Part shown: positions 38,401-53,844 of the stretch, one piece after another
How positions within the stretch are numbered: position 1 is the first letter of the stretch
Layout: every line of letters begins with the position of its first letter
From: Piromyces finnis finn
Taxonomy: Eukaryota; Fungi; Neocallimastigomycota
Direction of reading: 5' to 3'
NCBI GenBank assembly: GCA_002104945.1
Contig: MCFH01000002.1
Coordinates: 682,001 to 746,000 of the forward strand
Length of the DNA stretch: 64,000 nt
Made by a program: the position numbers and the translations under genes
The notes under the pieces: generated by a model
What the model saw: the letters and a program-made list of their open reading frames with translations, nothing else
Told to the model about the DNA's origin: nothing
Database searches by the model: none

Positions 38401-41400
38401 AAAATACATATCATAAGAAGATAAATTTCCTTTAATTGATTCATATCAAAAACATCAATATGAAATATTACAGTTAATTCCCGAGATATATCAAGGTCAG
38501 TAAATTCAGTAGTTTCAATCTCTTTATGCTTAAACATATCTAAAATAATTTTACCATATTTATTGAAATAATTTAATAAAATTATCTTTACATACTGAGC
38601 ATGCAAGTCGTTGTCATTTGATAACATTTTATTAAATTCAATAATTTCTTCATCTATTTTCTCTTGACTAACCATTTCGATTTTATCAAAAGTATTTTTG
38701 AATATGTTTAAAATTTCGAATTTACTAAAGTAAGTTTTCTTCATTAGGTTTTCCAAACTAGCTACATTTATATACATTTCATGATCCAATTTTGCATCGT
38801 TACTTCTATCTTTGATGAATTTATTAAGGATTTTAATATTATCTAAAATAATTCTTTTATTATCACCATTATCAAATATATTATTTAATAATTTATATAT
38901 ATTTGTATAATAATCCTGATTTAATAAACTATTTGATATAGGAGCTGTGATTAACTGATAAGCATTAAGATGCTTAAAATAGCTTTTTATAGAATTTGTT
39001 CTAAATAATCTCCATGATTCTGATTTTTTAAATATATCCTTTATTTTTCCAATAAGATCAATATTATCATTAATATGTGGATAAATATTATTCTTTACAT
39101 TAATTCTTAATCTATTAAGATCAATAACATTAATTTGATTTTGAATATTTTGTAAAAATGTTCCATGAAGAGTACCATAAGTTGTTTGGAATTGTTGACT
39201 TTTACTTTCACATTTTTCATAAACACTATCTAATTCTTTCTTCATATATTCTAAAAATTCTTTTTCTTTGTTATTCAACTTCAAATTTTCCTCTTCAGCT
39301 ATATCAATATTTTGAACTTCAGTACTTAATTTTATATTACTAATATCACTTTTACTACTGTACATTAAAATATTACTACTTTCACTGTTATTACTGTGTT
39401 CAATTGAATCTGAGGATTCTTTGTTTTCCTTATTTTCCTTATTATTTCCTTTATATAATTCACGATATGAGATTTCTGTCATATGAACTTTAAGATAATG
39501 TTGTAAGCCCTTAAGATTATTAATAAATAGTTCCTTATTTTCTTTAATAACAGGACAAAGACCAGCAATACGAGTTGATAATAAGCCAATATTAACATTT
39601 AACTCTATTAATTGTTTTTCTTTGTTCTTCTTATAATCATTAGACCAATCTACTAATGGATCATAAATAAATGATTCTAAAATTGTCATAAGAATTTCTC
39701 TATTATCACGAAGAACGGAAAGAACATTTTCACATGCTATTCTAAACGGACCTTCAATACCATAAACACCCAATGCAGTTTGAAGATTTTGTGTTAATCT
39801 AAATGGAACAGTTTCTGGAACACACAATTTTTTACCTTTTTCAAAACATACATTATAATCAATATGAATAACTTCACCTGTATCAAAATCAATAAGAATA
39901 TTATCTAAATGTCTGTCCCCTAAGCCAATAATATATCCTATAATAGACATTACTGCTAATGAACGAGAATATGAATTAGTTTTTTCCCACCAAACAGTTG
40001 GTGAAGAAGAAGTAGTCCAAAATTCTTTTGCAATCAAGTCATTTGGAGTTTCGCGTCTTAATTCTAAAAATGCATAACGTTGAATATTAATTGGCCAATT
40101 CTTTCTTATTGGTCCTCTAACAAGGTTATTCTTACTAAATTGAGCATCTAATTTACTATAGAACATTTCATGAGGACGAATAGCAAAAGAAATATTACTT
40201 TCCTCATTATTTTTAATATTTTGAACTTCTTTTGCGTATTTTCTTTGTTGCCATTTCTTATATAAATGAAACATTTGTGTTGCATTTGTAACCCATTGAA
40301 TCATACCTAAATGACCAGATAATGGAACCACTGAATAATTTCTTGCTTGTAATTTCCTAGAATTGGATTTTTTATTACCCTTTAATATATTGTTAGTACA
40401 TGTAAGAAGTTGCATAATTCTTTCGTCCAAATGTAAGTCTTCCAAACCCTTAAGTAAATATATATAAACATTACCATCCGAACCATAAAGATTAATTCTT
40501 TTTGGTTTGGTTTTAGTTGGTAAAGCATAAATATATTCATCAAAATGTTGAATATATACAATTTCCTTTTTATTATAAATACCAGGCAATGGAATTTGAG
40601 ATTCTTTTATGTTAGCTAGATATGGACTAACATCAGCAAGAAGAATTTTTCTATTTTTCTGAACTTCCTTTGCAATTTCTTTATAAAGCTTATTGAATGG
40701 TTCCCATGCTTTTTGGAAACTTTCATTAGTGTTATCTTTTAAATTGTTGATAGCCTCTTCAAGTATTGGTTTATAGTTTTGATGGAACCATTTTTCATGA
40801 TCATTTTGAGGTTCATTATTAATTTCATTATAAAATGATTCAATAATATAGATAACTGGTTTTAAAAGTGAATTATAATTATTTTTTATAATATCATCTT
40901 TTTCTTCCTTAGTAAGTTGATTATTATTATTTACACGCTCGTTTTCCTTCTTTAAACGTAAGAAACGTTTATCAGTTTCCCCTTGAAGTTGTGTTAATTT
41001 ATTTAAAAGAGTTTCTTCCCAAAGAACAGTTACACGTTGAAGTTCACTTATCATTTTTTGAATTTCTTTAACTAACATCCCTGAACCACTTTGTATCAAC
41101 GAATCAATAATATTTTGATAGAGGCATCGGGTATCATTATCATTATTAGTTTCAGTAGCTGTTGAAATACCAACAATAGCTGGGTAAACAATTAAATGAG
41201 GAGAAATAATGCCAATTCTACATATTAAACTACAAATTTGATCTTGTACAAATGGTTCTGGGTGATCTAAACGAGTAAAAAGTTGTGGAATAATTTTTTC
41301 CCATGGAGAAATTGGTGTATTTGCAAAACCTTCACGATAAACACGGACAATATAGATACCATAATTTTCAAAAACATGAAGAAGTCTTAAAGCAATTTTG

Positions 41401-44400
41401 GTCATATTGCTTTCTTGATCATTTTTAATTTCAATTTTATCATTTTCAAATTCATCAAAGTACTTTAAGTATTTGAAATAATTGGTTACAGAATCTGTGA
41501 AATAACCAATTAAAACATTTTTAATTCTATTCAAAATAGATAACAATTCTTTTAATAACTCTTCATTAAGGTCTGGGAATAATTCATATAAATATTTTTT
41601 TATTTTATAATCCAATTCTGCAACATTTAATTTTCTATTTTCAAATTTAATTTTATAGGATGCTCCAAAAATTGATGTTAAAATAGAAAGGCAATCACCA
41701 TATATTTGATTTAAATTAAATATTTTATTAGTACTCCAGAAAACTTTCTTTTCAGAATAATTCAAAATGAACTTTTTCAAATCATAAAAACAATAATGCT
41801 TAATATTATCGACAGAACCTATTTCCATTTCTTCAAGTAAATCCTGAGCTTGAAGATAATAATAATTAGCTGCATTACACCATATTTTAGGATTTATGCC
41901 ACTTTCATCACAAGCTACAGAGTAAATTGATTGAACTAATAAATCAGATCTTTTTATACCCTCTTCTTCATCTATTTCAGCCTTATTTGCAATAAATCTT
42001 ATTTTTAAATCAACTGATTCTGGTAATTCTTCAATATTAAATTCTTCAGAGTTAGACATTTTTGTTAAAAAGTTGATTGTCTTAAGATAAACACTTGAAC
42101 GGAATTTAACTACTTCTTTATCATTAGTTGATGCATCATCAGAATCAGAATCGCAATTTCTTAATTCACTATCGATTAGATCTAAAAGAATATTAAATCC
42201 CTTATCATATTTCTTTTCATTTATATAAATCTTAGCTAATTCAAATATATAATCTTTAACAAAAAGTGGTGTGTTATCAATTAATAGCATATTTGGAATA
42301 TCACTTGTACTAAAATCATTCTTAATCTTCAACAAATTTTTCTGTATTAATTTTTGGCCTAAAATATTATTTCCTTGTTTTCTTGCGATTTTTGCAATAT
42401 CATAGTTAAGCTTTTTAATGTAATCGCCATCCTTCAAAACACGAGTATTATCTAAAAACGAAAAAATATCAAGCATTCGCATTAATATTGCTATATCAAC
42501 ATTTTCAGTTACTTCCTTATTTAGTAATATATTATTATTTATTTGAGAAAGAAGAACATTGGCATTTTTATCATTACTCAAATTTCCTTTTCCAATAGTT
42601 TCAATTATTTTTACAAGCTGTAACTGAATAATTACTGGCAATATTTCTTTAGAGGATGCAAAAGTACTATTTAATCTTTTTAATTGTTCATTTACAAGAA
42701 CTAAGGACTTATTCATCATTGATTTTAATTGAGGGAAATTATTATTATTTTTTTCATTAATTAAAAGCATAGAATATAATGTGTAATATTGAGAAGAATT
42801 CATAACAGCACGATTCATACCAACAGATTCATAAGTTTCACGGAAGTTTGGTGATGTTTTTGAAATATTTAAATAAGCAGCGTGATAATTATTATTTTCA
42901 AAATCTTCCCATGCCTCAAAAAGTTTTGGATTTTTACCATTCTCAAAAGAGCAAAGAGGATAATTAGAATTTTCAATGTTCACAGATTTAACATAATGTA
43001 AAAATTCTCTTATATTACTCCAATCATTTAAATTCTTATAACATTCTACAATTTGTTTAATAACAAAAGAAATCAAATTGGGACTTAATTTTCCATCCTC
43101 TTGATACTTATTTAAAAAGAATCTGTATTTAACAACTGCTTCTTCGTATTTATTCTCTGCCACCAATGCTGCAACTAATATCCATTCTAAATGATATTGG
43201 TAGCCATCTTTATTGGAAGGTGATGTCTTTTTCTGTAATAAAATTTGTAGATAAGCATTGTCCTTCTTTTTAGTATTTTTTTTCATTTCTTGAATTATTA
43301 ATTTTTTCAACCAATAATATATACCAACAATTGGATCTGGATCTTTTAATTGTTGAAGAGCTAATATCAATTCAATTATTACTTGCTCATATTCAATTAA
43401 ATGGTTATATGTTTCTTTTGAATATTGTTTTATATAGTTAATCTTATCATATAAATAATGCATACAGTGTCTAACTACATATGATGCAGACGTACCGAAT
43501 ATCTTTGAATCCAAAATAATTAATTTACGAATTCGTAAAAACCATTCTTCACAAACTCTACTATTGACGCTAAAGAATACAGTTCTTGAACGAGGAAATT
43601 CAGCAGGTTTTTCTAAAGCAGTTCCTTCATAAGCATTGTAGATTTGTAATTCTAAGAGATCAATAAAAGGAATTAAATAACCTAAATATCTGGTTCTACT
43701 AATAAACTTAAGGTTTTCAAAATTATTAATATTTTCTTTACTCTTCCATATTTTATTCAAACTATGTTCAATAAATTCAAATGTTTTTTGTGCATCACCA
43801 TGAGTTGTCTTTAATTTTGATAAAATACAATATCTTACCATTTCCCAAAGTGCCCAGAAACGCAATTTTTTACGAGTTAAGATTTTATCTACAATTTCAA
43901 TTTTATCATTTATATTTCCTTTCATTTTCGTAAAGTTTATAGACGCAGTATTTAAAACCTCAGAAACTTGACACATATGATAAATGTCTAATAACCAATT
44001 AATATTTTCAATTTGGGTTTCATACATATTATTACCATAATTTTCAGATTCATCATTATATTCTCCACTTATATTCAAATTTCTAACAATCATTTGGAAA
44101 TGTTCATATGTAAAATTACTGTCATTTGGAGAAGCCATGACACATTCATTAAAATTAGATTCTTCTACTAACTTTTTTTCCTTTGTTGACCACTTATTTA
44201 ATGAAACTATTGGGTTGATTCTATTTATTACCTTTAATATATCAGTACATACTTTTGTATTTATATCATTTAAATAATGAACAATTATATTATATATTTT
44301 ATTAACATGCTTATCATTTATTTCAGTAAAACCTTTCAAGTCAATGAAATATAAAAGGGTATCATTTGCCAAAAGTCGTATATCTGAATCATTATCATAT

Positions 44401-47400
44401 TTTATTCTTTTATATAACTTATATAAAATTTTACTACATAATTCATAAGCTTCTTCACATTTATTAGTTACGTCTGTTTTATGATAAATGGAACCTATGC
44501 TTTTTATCCAATTTATACAATAATTAATTTGAACATTAGTAGAAAACTTATTGTTAATAATATATAATATTAATTTCAATATGGCAGTATGAAGATTTGG
44601 TTGATAAATAAAATGATTATTGTTTTCACTAATTTGATATATAGCGTTTAATAATATCTTATCTAAATTATTTCTAAATGAATAATCATTTATTCTTGAT
44701 GATCTTGCTGGTTCATTAACAAAAATTAAATATAATGTCCAAAATACGTTTTTTACTTTTAAATTTTTAATAAAATTGTGTTTTTCAATTTCATTTAATA
44801 TATTTATATCATATTCAAAACAATTTTTTAATTCTTCATAAGAATATTCATCTAATAAACCTTTAATAGTATCATCGGTTTTATTTATATTCTTAGGTAC
44901 TAAGCTTTCAAGGTTTTTCCATAAATCATATGCTTTTCTTCTTTCTTCTATAATTCTTATATATCCTTGATCAAAATCTTCTTCTTCTTCATTATCACTT
45001 ATAATTCCACTCTCATCCCACATTTCAATTATACTTTCACCCTTATATTTATTTACTAATTTAAGAGAAATATATTGTAATTCAACTAAAATTTCACTTA
45101 ATCTAAACTTTTTTCTTTTTAATGATCTAGTAACAGGATCAAATTCAGGAATTTGATTTATCGTAATACCATTTGAGCAATCAATTACTTCACTTATATC
45201 TTGTGGAATTAAATTTTCATCATAAATAACAGACTGTTCAACTATAGAAAAGAATCTTCTTGCAATTGGAACTATGATATTAATATTCAAATTATTTAAA
45301 TGATATAATTTTAATCTAATTTTATTCATCAACTGAGATTGTGGATTAAAGAAAACATCAAATACATCAATACTAAGATTTGGAACCCATTGTTCTATCA
45401 TCTTTTTTTATAGAATTTTGTATTTCATAATTAAGAAAAATAATTATTAACAAAGAGTATGATTAGTATCTTATATTATTTATATATAATTTTGAAATAT
45501 AGGGATTACCTCAAATAAATCATTTACTGTAATATTGAATAGTTCAGTTACTCTATTATCTAACTTCAATACTAATTCCATACGTTCAATGCTGCAAATA
45601 CATGCAGCATATTGATATGGTATAAATAATTTTCCTAAATAACTGCTTAACTTTTTTATCATTGATTTTTCTTTGATATATATATATAAAAAAAAAAAGT
45701 ATGTGGTAATAATATTATTTAAAAATAATTAATTAATTAATTATCTACATATATATTATAAAAATAAAATATATAATTAAAATACCTTGGTTAATCCATT
45801 TATTCAAATAAGAAACTTTCGATATTTTTTCTAAAAGTGATAAAAATTTTACTAACAATATATCAACATCTTCTGATACTTCTGAAATAGATTTTATTTG
45901 CTCATCGTTATTTGGAACAATCTCTGTTACTAATATATAGAACAATGAACAAAAGCATCTTTATTTTATAATAATATATATAAAACAATAACAATAAATA
46001 TTGAATTATTTAAATATATAAAATGTTGTATATTTGAGAAGGAATAACAATTATTACTTAAAAAGGAATATCTTTTTATTTAAACTTTCACCAATTAAAG
46101 ATTCAGATGTTGCTATGTTATTTTCTTCTATGCATTCCTTTTGATACACTGTTTCCACATCTGAAATTAAATTATTTAAAATCTCTAATATGAACTTAAT
46201 ATGATTACTGACATAATTGTGAAGAATTTCAAAAGTTTCTATATAAATTATATAATAAATTATTTATTAAATTTTTTATCAAAATATCTTAATATATTAT
46301 AATAGATAATTTGAATAACATACTATCAATGTGTTTCAGTACTTTCTTAGGTAATTGCGGATCAATATACCAGCCAATTAATAAATCAACTATTTCCTAT
46401 TATTGTTTTTATCCATATTAATATCTAATTTTATTTGATTTTATTTGATTTTATACTATTTTCGTATCATCAAACTTACTTCATATTTACTATTAAATAT
46501 GTCTGGATAATCTTGACTTAAAGTTTGAATTATTGATAATATTATAGGAAGATAATCATGAGTTTCTACTGAATCTAATAAATTTTGTAGACTATCCAAT
46601 ATTCTTATTACATATCTGTATATTAATTCTTTATTTTCGTTTGATGTGATTATCTATATTAATAAATTATAATAATAAATTTATTATCAATATAATATAG
46701 AAATTATTGTGTTAATTAGTATCATTAAATATATATATATTTAATTGTGTATACCTTTTCAACACTTAATAACGTCCATAATTTCTTTTCATTTTCTTGT
46801 TCTTTCATTAAATTTGGATTTGATTTATTAACATTTAAAATATTAAATATCCAATTAAAAACAAAATCATTTGCCAATACATCACCATTTTTTGAAAGAA
46901 TGGATATAATTTCTATTGAAATCTTTTTTAAATCTGTAGGTGCACTGGTTAAAAAAAAAAAAAAAAAAGGAAATAAAAAATAAAAAAAAAATATTAATGA
47001 TATAAATTAGTATTTTATATTTAATATTATTGATTATAGTTATATGTATAATATTTTATAATGATGCTATTATTGAATTAAATAAGATTATCTTACTTTA
47101 AATCAATAAATACTTTTTCCAAACCATTATACGTTAATAATAAGTTAATGATACTTGAAATTTCCTGAGAATTTAATGTTTTTATTGTGTTCAATAAATT
47201 ATTTGCATTTTTTATTCGTTGTTGATAATTTACATTTTTTATATATATAATTTTTGATAATTGTTTTTTTAAATCTTTTTTTAATTGTTGAAATTGCTCA
47301 TTAAGATTTTCTTTATATTATTTTAAAGAAAAAAATAGGATTTTAAAATTTGAATATAAAAGATACATAATAGTATAGCTAAGATTTTATAAAATAAATT

Positions 47401-47926
47401 ATACCATTTTGGTCAGAATATTGAGAATTACCAGATTGATTGAAATAATATGGATTAGAATTACGTTTTTGTTGAAAATTAATGTTGTTATTAACTTGAG
47501 ACATAGTTGGAAAATTTTGGGAAATATTTTGAAAAGAAGGCATTTCAACATTTTGAGAAAAATTATATTGTTGAGGGAATTTCCTATATGATGATTGACT
47601 TTGAGGATATTGTGGTTGTTGTGGCTGTTGTTGCATATAATAATTATATTGACCTAATTGAAATGAATAATTATCATCCATTCCAGAAGAACCCATATTA
47701 TTATATGAAAATTGAGAGGAACTTCGTTTATTTTGCTAAATATATATTATATATAATTTAAATATATATATTACTATTAAACAATAATGATAATACTAAT
47801 GAAAAAAAAAATAAAAATTACCTTTTCATTGTAATAATTATTATTTATATAATTTCCATTTGGATTATCATAATAATTATTATTACTAGAATTGTCGCTA
47901 TTGTTGAAATAATATTGATTATTCAT
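35472..47926 (-). CDS. SMG1: PIKK-family kinase SMG1 (nonsense-mediated decay), about 10 exons
   Basis: LLKGLEDLHLDERIMQ, GLGDRHLDNIL and HIDYNVCFEKG, then a long post-kinase insertion and the FATC end DNLACMYEGWTSWI. An upstream exon encodes IVDLLIGWYID, an SMG1 N-terminal motif. The largest exon is 35472-45401; the first exon is 47822-47926 (ATG in caaaATG context). Confidence 0.9.
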
Positions 47927-49642
47927 TTTGAAGTATATTTCATTTATTTGTTTTTATTTTCGTTAATGGATTATTTTGTTTTTATTTTTAATTTTTGTAT
48001 ATAGCACTTTATTTCATTAATATAATTATAACTTTATATTTATTATAATTATTTTAACACAATATTCTGAAACTTTATATTCTTTTGTAGTAATCGAAAC
48101 TAATTAAGAATTTTATATGAAATATTAATTTTTCATACTATTGCTTAAATGGAACAATGTTTCCAATATATTTATTTTTTTTTTCTTTTTTCAAGTATTT
48201 ATATTTTCCCTTTTTTTTTTTTTCTAATAAAAATATTGATAAAAAAAAGTGATTATATATTAATTATACATTTAGAATTCATTATAATTTTTTAATAACA
48301 TCTTAATTACTTACATTTTTATTATTATTTTACTTATTTAATACGATATCACCTTACAATTATCCTTATTAATAATAATTCTTTTTTATATAATTTTTTT
48401 TCGTACATAAATAAGTAAATTTTTAAGATATAAGCCTATTTTGATTATTAATTTTCATATCTTTTAAATTTGAGTATATATAAAAAAGCATTTTATAAAA
48501 GCATTTTAAAAAAATATAATGATTAATAATTAATGTTAATCTTAAGCTTTTCTAATATTATAAGTTTCATAAATTTTTAAAAAAAAAAAAAAACAACTAA
48601 ATTTAAAATACAATGAAATTTTAAGTTCTATTTATATTAATAAACATAAATTAAACATCAAAATTATTATTTTTAAATAAATAGATAAAACAAATTCAAA
48701 AAATTATATGAATATAATTTTTTATTAATATTTCTACTTATTGTTCGATGTAGAGTATATTTTAATAAGAAAAATTGATTTAAACTCGAAATTAAAAAAT
48801 AAAATAAAATAAAATAAAAAAAATAAAAATAAAATAAAATACAAACTACATTAATTTATTAAATTAATTTTATAAGGGTATGATAATATTATAAAAATAA
48901 ACTAAAACTTTATATACTAAATATATTTATACATATATTCAAATATATTTTAGTTATTATATTATTATTGTTATACAATACTAATTTATGGTCATAAAAA
49001 GTATTCTTTTAAATTAATAAACATTACAGTTATAAGACTTTCAAAAGTAATAGCAAATATTGTTTAATATGAAGTGATTTTGACATTTTTATTAAATATT
49101 TTTAAAAAGGTTTTGATCCATTAATATTTTTATTATTTTGTGCTTAAAAAATACTAATAATTAAAATATATTGAAAAAAAAGATTAATATTGTGATATAA
49201 ATAAAACACCAAAATAATAAAAATTGGTTTAATATTTTTTAATATATAATTTTATAAACATATTAGAAAAAGCAATATTATATTGATTTACTTTAAATAA
49301 ATAGCTTAAAAGTATTTATGTAGAATCATACTTCAAATAATAATAATAATAATAATAATACATCATTATACATATAGTATTATAGTATTTATAAAATATT
49401 TATAAATGGGTTTTGATAGTGAAATATTCATTATTTCATTCTTTTTAATATATATTCTAACCATTTTTAAAAATTTTAAACTTGTGTAACCTAATGATAA
49501 TTTTAAAATTTACTATTATAATACCTTAGTTAACAAGATTATATACAAGTAATTGCTTATAAAGCTGTTATTTTAATATTATAATAATAATAAATATTAA
49601 CAAAATGTATTAGTTTTTATGATAAAAGACCATTGTTACAAC

Positions 49643-49644
<2 letters not shown>

Positions 49645-49690
<46 letters not shown>
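49645..49690. repeat. (TTA)n microsatellite
   Basis: Read directly from the sequence. Confidence 0.9.
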
Positions 49691-49691
<1 letters not shown>

Positions 49692-50164
49692 TTGTAGTTG
49701 TTATTTTGATAATATTATTTTTTATTACAATATATTTCATTTATATTTATAAATAAGCTTTATTTTGTACTACACCAAATATAATTTAGTTAATTATAAT
49801 AAAGTTATAATAATTTATATTGGATAAGTTAAAAATTTTAAAATATGATTTTGATTTATTATAAAATATAATTAACAAATTAAATTTTTATATTGAGAAA
49901 TTATTATCAATTATAATTTTAATTTTTTCAAAATATTTCGAGTAAAATGAATTACTAGTTTGAAATTAAAATAAAAAAAATTAGAGAAATATAAAACAAT
50001 GTTCTTATTATAATATCATATATTTATGTATATAGCAAAAAAAATAAAAATAAGCAATAAAAAGTATTTAAAAAACTCTGAAAATATCTTATATAGAAAA
50101 AAAACAGTAAAATTCATTTATCAAAAAGTTTAAAATTTCAATTAATGTAATTTATAAATATACA

Positions 50165-53100
50165 ATGGATTTTAAAGGAAGCATTGACATAGTTCATGAA
50201 TTTAATTCTTTTAAGACAACGATACCGAATAAATTTAAGTAATGTTATATTTACTTTAAATTTAGACTTTGTAACAAATCAATATATTATTTTTTTTCAA
50301 TAGCCTTTAATAAGCTAATTCTTAATATATATTAATATTACAAATTTTTAAAAAATATAGAAAATATTTATTAAATCAATTAACAAACGAAACTGTTATT
50401 AATTGTTTTAAAGAAAATAATAAAAATAATCCTTTAAACATAATTTTAAAATACAATGATAAAGAAGTTAATTATCAGGATTTTGAAAATGGTAAAATGG
50501 ATTTAAATCTAATTATTACAAATAATATTAAATAATTTAATTAATAAATGAAAAATATATATAAACATATATATATATAAGAATCTAATAAAATAGCAAA
50601 ATGGTTGCTATCTATTAATAATAAACCCAAAGGTACAAATAATGTTGACACCTAAAATATCATTTCATTCTATAAAATCTAACAATAATTTATGTTTGCG
50701 TTAAACAGACAGAATTGGCATCATTTTCAAAAATTCACCGGAATTATTAATCTTTATTACTGCGATTCAAAAAATTGGAGCTGTAGCAGTCATAATTAAT
50801 AATGAAATTTCTGGTAATTTTATAGTAATTTATGTTTTATATTAAGCTGATACCTTTATTATGCTTTTTTAGATTTATTAACTGTTTATGTAATATATTT
50901 ACTTCTTTTTTCTTTCATTATTCATGACCTAATAAAAAAAAAAAAAAAATAGAATCAAAATTATTTTTGGGATTAAGGGAATTGAATATATCAACTTTAA
51001 TTACACAAGATTTTTTTCAAATTTCAACATATTATAAATTAAATTATATCATGAAGAATTTTTATATATATTCTGACAAAATAAAAAAATTAAAACATTC
51101 CAATAATAATAATGAAAATAATGAAAATGAATCTATAAAAACTATAAAGTTTATAAATTCATATGAATTAAAATTAATGTCTACTTCAATTCCATCAGAT
51201 ATATTATTAGAAAATACAAATCTATATGATATAGCTATTATTCATTATTCTAATACGTAAGTTCCATTGATATAAAAATATGTTAAAAATATTATTATTA
51301 TGAATTTATTACACTAATATTTATAATTTTTTCTTAAGCGGGAAGACAACAGAATTTTCTCATAGAAATATAATAGGTAACAAAATAATAATAATATTAT
51401 TATTATTATTAAAAAGAATTTTTTTTTTTAGCGTATGAAATATTTTATAATATAAAATAATTAAATTCATTTAAATATACTTTATATTATTAGCTCATAG
51501 TAATATGGTATATAGTGATTTCAAAATTACTAATAAAGATTATATTCTTTGCACCTATTCTCTAACCAAAAATATAAAATGTAATGTATATACAATAATA
51601 AAATACTAAAATAGTAAAATATAAAATCAAATTCATATTAAATTAAAAATAAATTTTATAATTATATATAGCATTAATAAATATATTTATGTTTTTAACC
51701 AAAGGAGTAAATTTGATTTTAACAACGGAAACTAATTATAATAATATATGGAATCAGTATGATTTATATAAAGCAACAGTTATAAATGTAAATTAATATA
51801 AAATATATAAAACTTTTATAAATAGTTATATATAATTAAATTGCTATTGTTTTAGTATTCTCCATTATTAATTAATAATTTAATAGATTCTGAATCATTC
51901 GAAAACCATAAGATTAGATTAGTTATTGGAACATCAATATCAAAAAATATGCAGGATAAAATAAAAACAATATTGAAAATTCCATTTATAGGTTTATATT
52001 ATATATCTATTAATGGTAAATTTAATATTTCATTAAAACTATATATTAGATAATTACTATTATTTTAATAATAACAATTTTTCATTTCTATTTAATAGGG
52101 AAAATTATCTTATCTCATTTGAATAATATTCAAAAATCAAATGTTCAATGTAATCTTGGAAGTCCTGGTATAGTTTTAAAGTTTGTATACATAAAAAAGA
52201 TAATAGAAAATAAATAAAAGTTTATTTAATTGAATTATTGAAAATATTGATAATTTGCATATTTATATAGACAACATCGGCAATTGTCCATAGTAAAAAT
52301 TAACGGAAAAGATAAAATGCCGATTAGAGACGATAACGGTTTATGTATAGAAGTAAATATCTTATAAATTATTTTTAATATTATTTAAAGAAGAATCTAA
52401 CTATTACAATAAATATATTATATATGCATATTAAATAATAGTGTAAAGATAATGAACCAGGTGAACTTATTAAGCGTATTGAAAATAAGAGTTTGGAAAC
52501 AGCAATATTTTTGGGAGAAGTTGAATCTGATGCTTTAAAGGATTATAGCAATATTTTTGTAAAGAATGTACTTTCACCTGGAGACATATGGTACAGGTAA
52601 ATTATCATGAGAAATATTTTTTTCTAACAAAGTTTCGCATATAACTAAAATAAGTGTTTTACATTTTATGTAAATTTATAAAAGAACAAATGACTTATTC
52701 AAGAAAGATAAAAAAGGGTAATTTTAAAATTATATAAATTAAAAATAATTGAAATATTATTAACTTAAGAATTTCTAATTTTCATTTTCTATTATATTAG
52801 ATTTTTATATTATTTAGAAGGTAATAAACATAATAATATTTAATATAAAAAAAATGAAAACTAAGTCTATATTATTTATATAATTTATATTTATTACATT
52901 AATATTAGCCTTGAAAAATTGTTATAGTAAGTTTTTCATGAATATTAAACTTTTATAATCAATTATAACATCTATACAGTTATTGATGATTAATTATTAT
53001 TGATAATAATAATAAATATAGTATTAAATGAAGAAATAATATATCCTTCCACCATAATAGAAAAAATTAATGAATTTGATTATGTTCTTGATAGTTTGGT

Positions 53101-53671
53101 TTATGGCATTGACAGTCCAGGTATGATATTAATAATATAATTTTTATGATAATATTAAATATAAAAAATAATATAATAATATATATACATTTTTTTTGAA
53201 ACATCTATAAGTAAATAAAAATGAATATATTACAATGTGTAATATTATTGTGGACTTAGATTTTAATATAGTTAATTTTACTGAAGAACTAACAAAAGTA
53301 TTAACACCAAATAATGGATTACCAATATTTATAAAAATTATTTATGGAGAGTAAATATTTTTATTTTTTATTTAATGAAAAAAATTTTTTATAATAATAA
53401 AACTAATTTTTATAAAATTATATTTATGATGGAATATTATAGCAAAGAAAAAAATTCATATAAATCTTTAAAAAATGATAGCATAGAAGATCTTTATAAA
53501 CAACTTATGTTAGAAAGAAAAACGGGTTTTCAGCTTTACTGGTTAATTGAAAAGGTTGTAAATAAAACGAAAAATTCAATGGTTTCTATTACAAAAAGCT
53601 ATGAATATGCTCAATTCCATGAAAATGACTTTAAGGATATTTTATCAATAAATTTAAAACCGAAACTATAA
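50165..53671 (+). CDS. Divergent FATP/Fat1-like (very-long-chain acyl-CoA synthetase fold) protein with degenerate adenylation motifs; about 18 exons
   Basis: The exons join in frame and give DRIGIIFKNSPE, KIGAVAVIIN, NHKIRLVIG, PIRDDNGLCIE|CKDNEPGEL, KNVLSPGDIWYR and LVYGIDSP, in the order expected for FATP. Confidence 0.8.
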
Positions 53672-53782
53672 ATTATTATTGCATGCTTATATATTTATTT
53701 ATTTCATTTTTTATTTTTTATCATTCATTATTTTATCATTTTTTAAAATGTTTTGCTTTCTTTTTCAGTTTTGTCTTTTACA

Positions 53783-53783
<1 letters not shown>

Positions 53784-53840
<57 letters not shown>
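53784..53840. repeat. (TTA)n microsatellite
   Basis: Read directly from the sequence. It explains the spurious ORFs at 53679 and 53683. Confidence 0.9.

Positions 53841-53844
<4 letters not shown>

Noticed and set aside
53041-53048. ATATCCTT, a match to the U12 AT-AC donor consensus
   Set aside because: It falls inside an in-frame FATP exon (IIYPS), with no matching branch point or AC acceptor.
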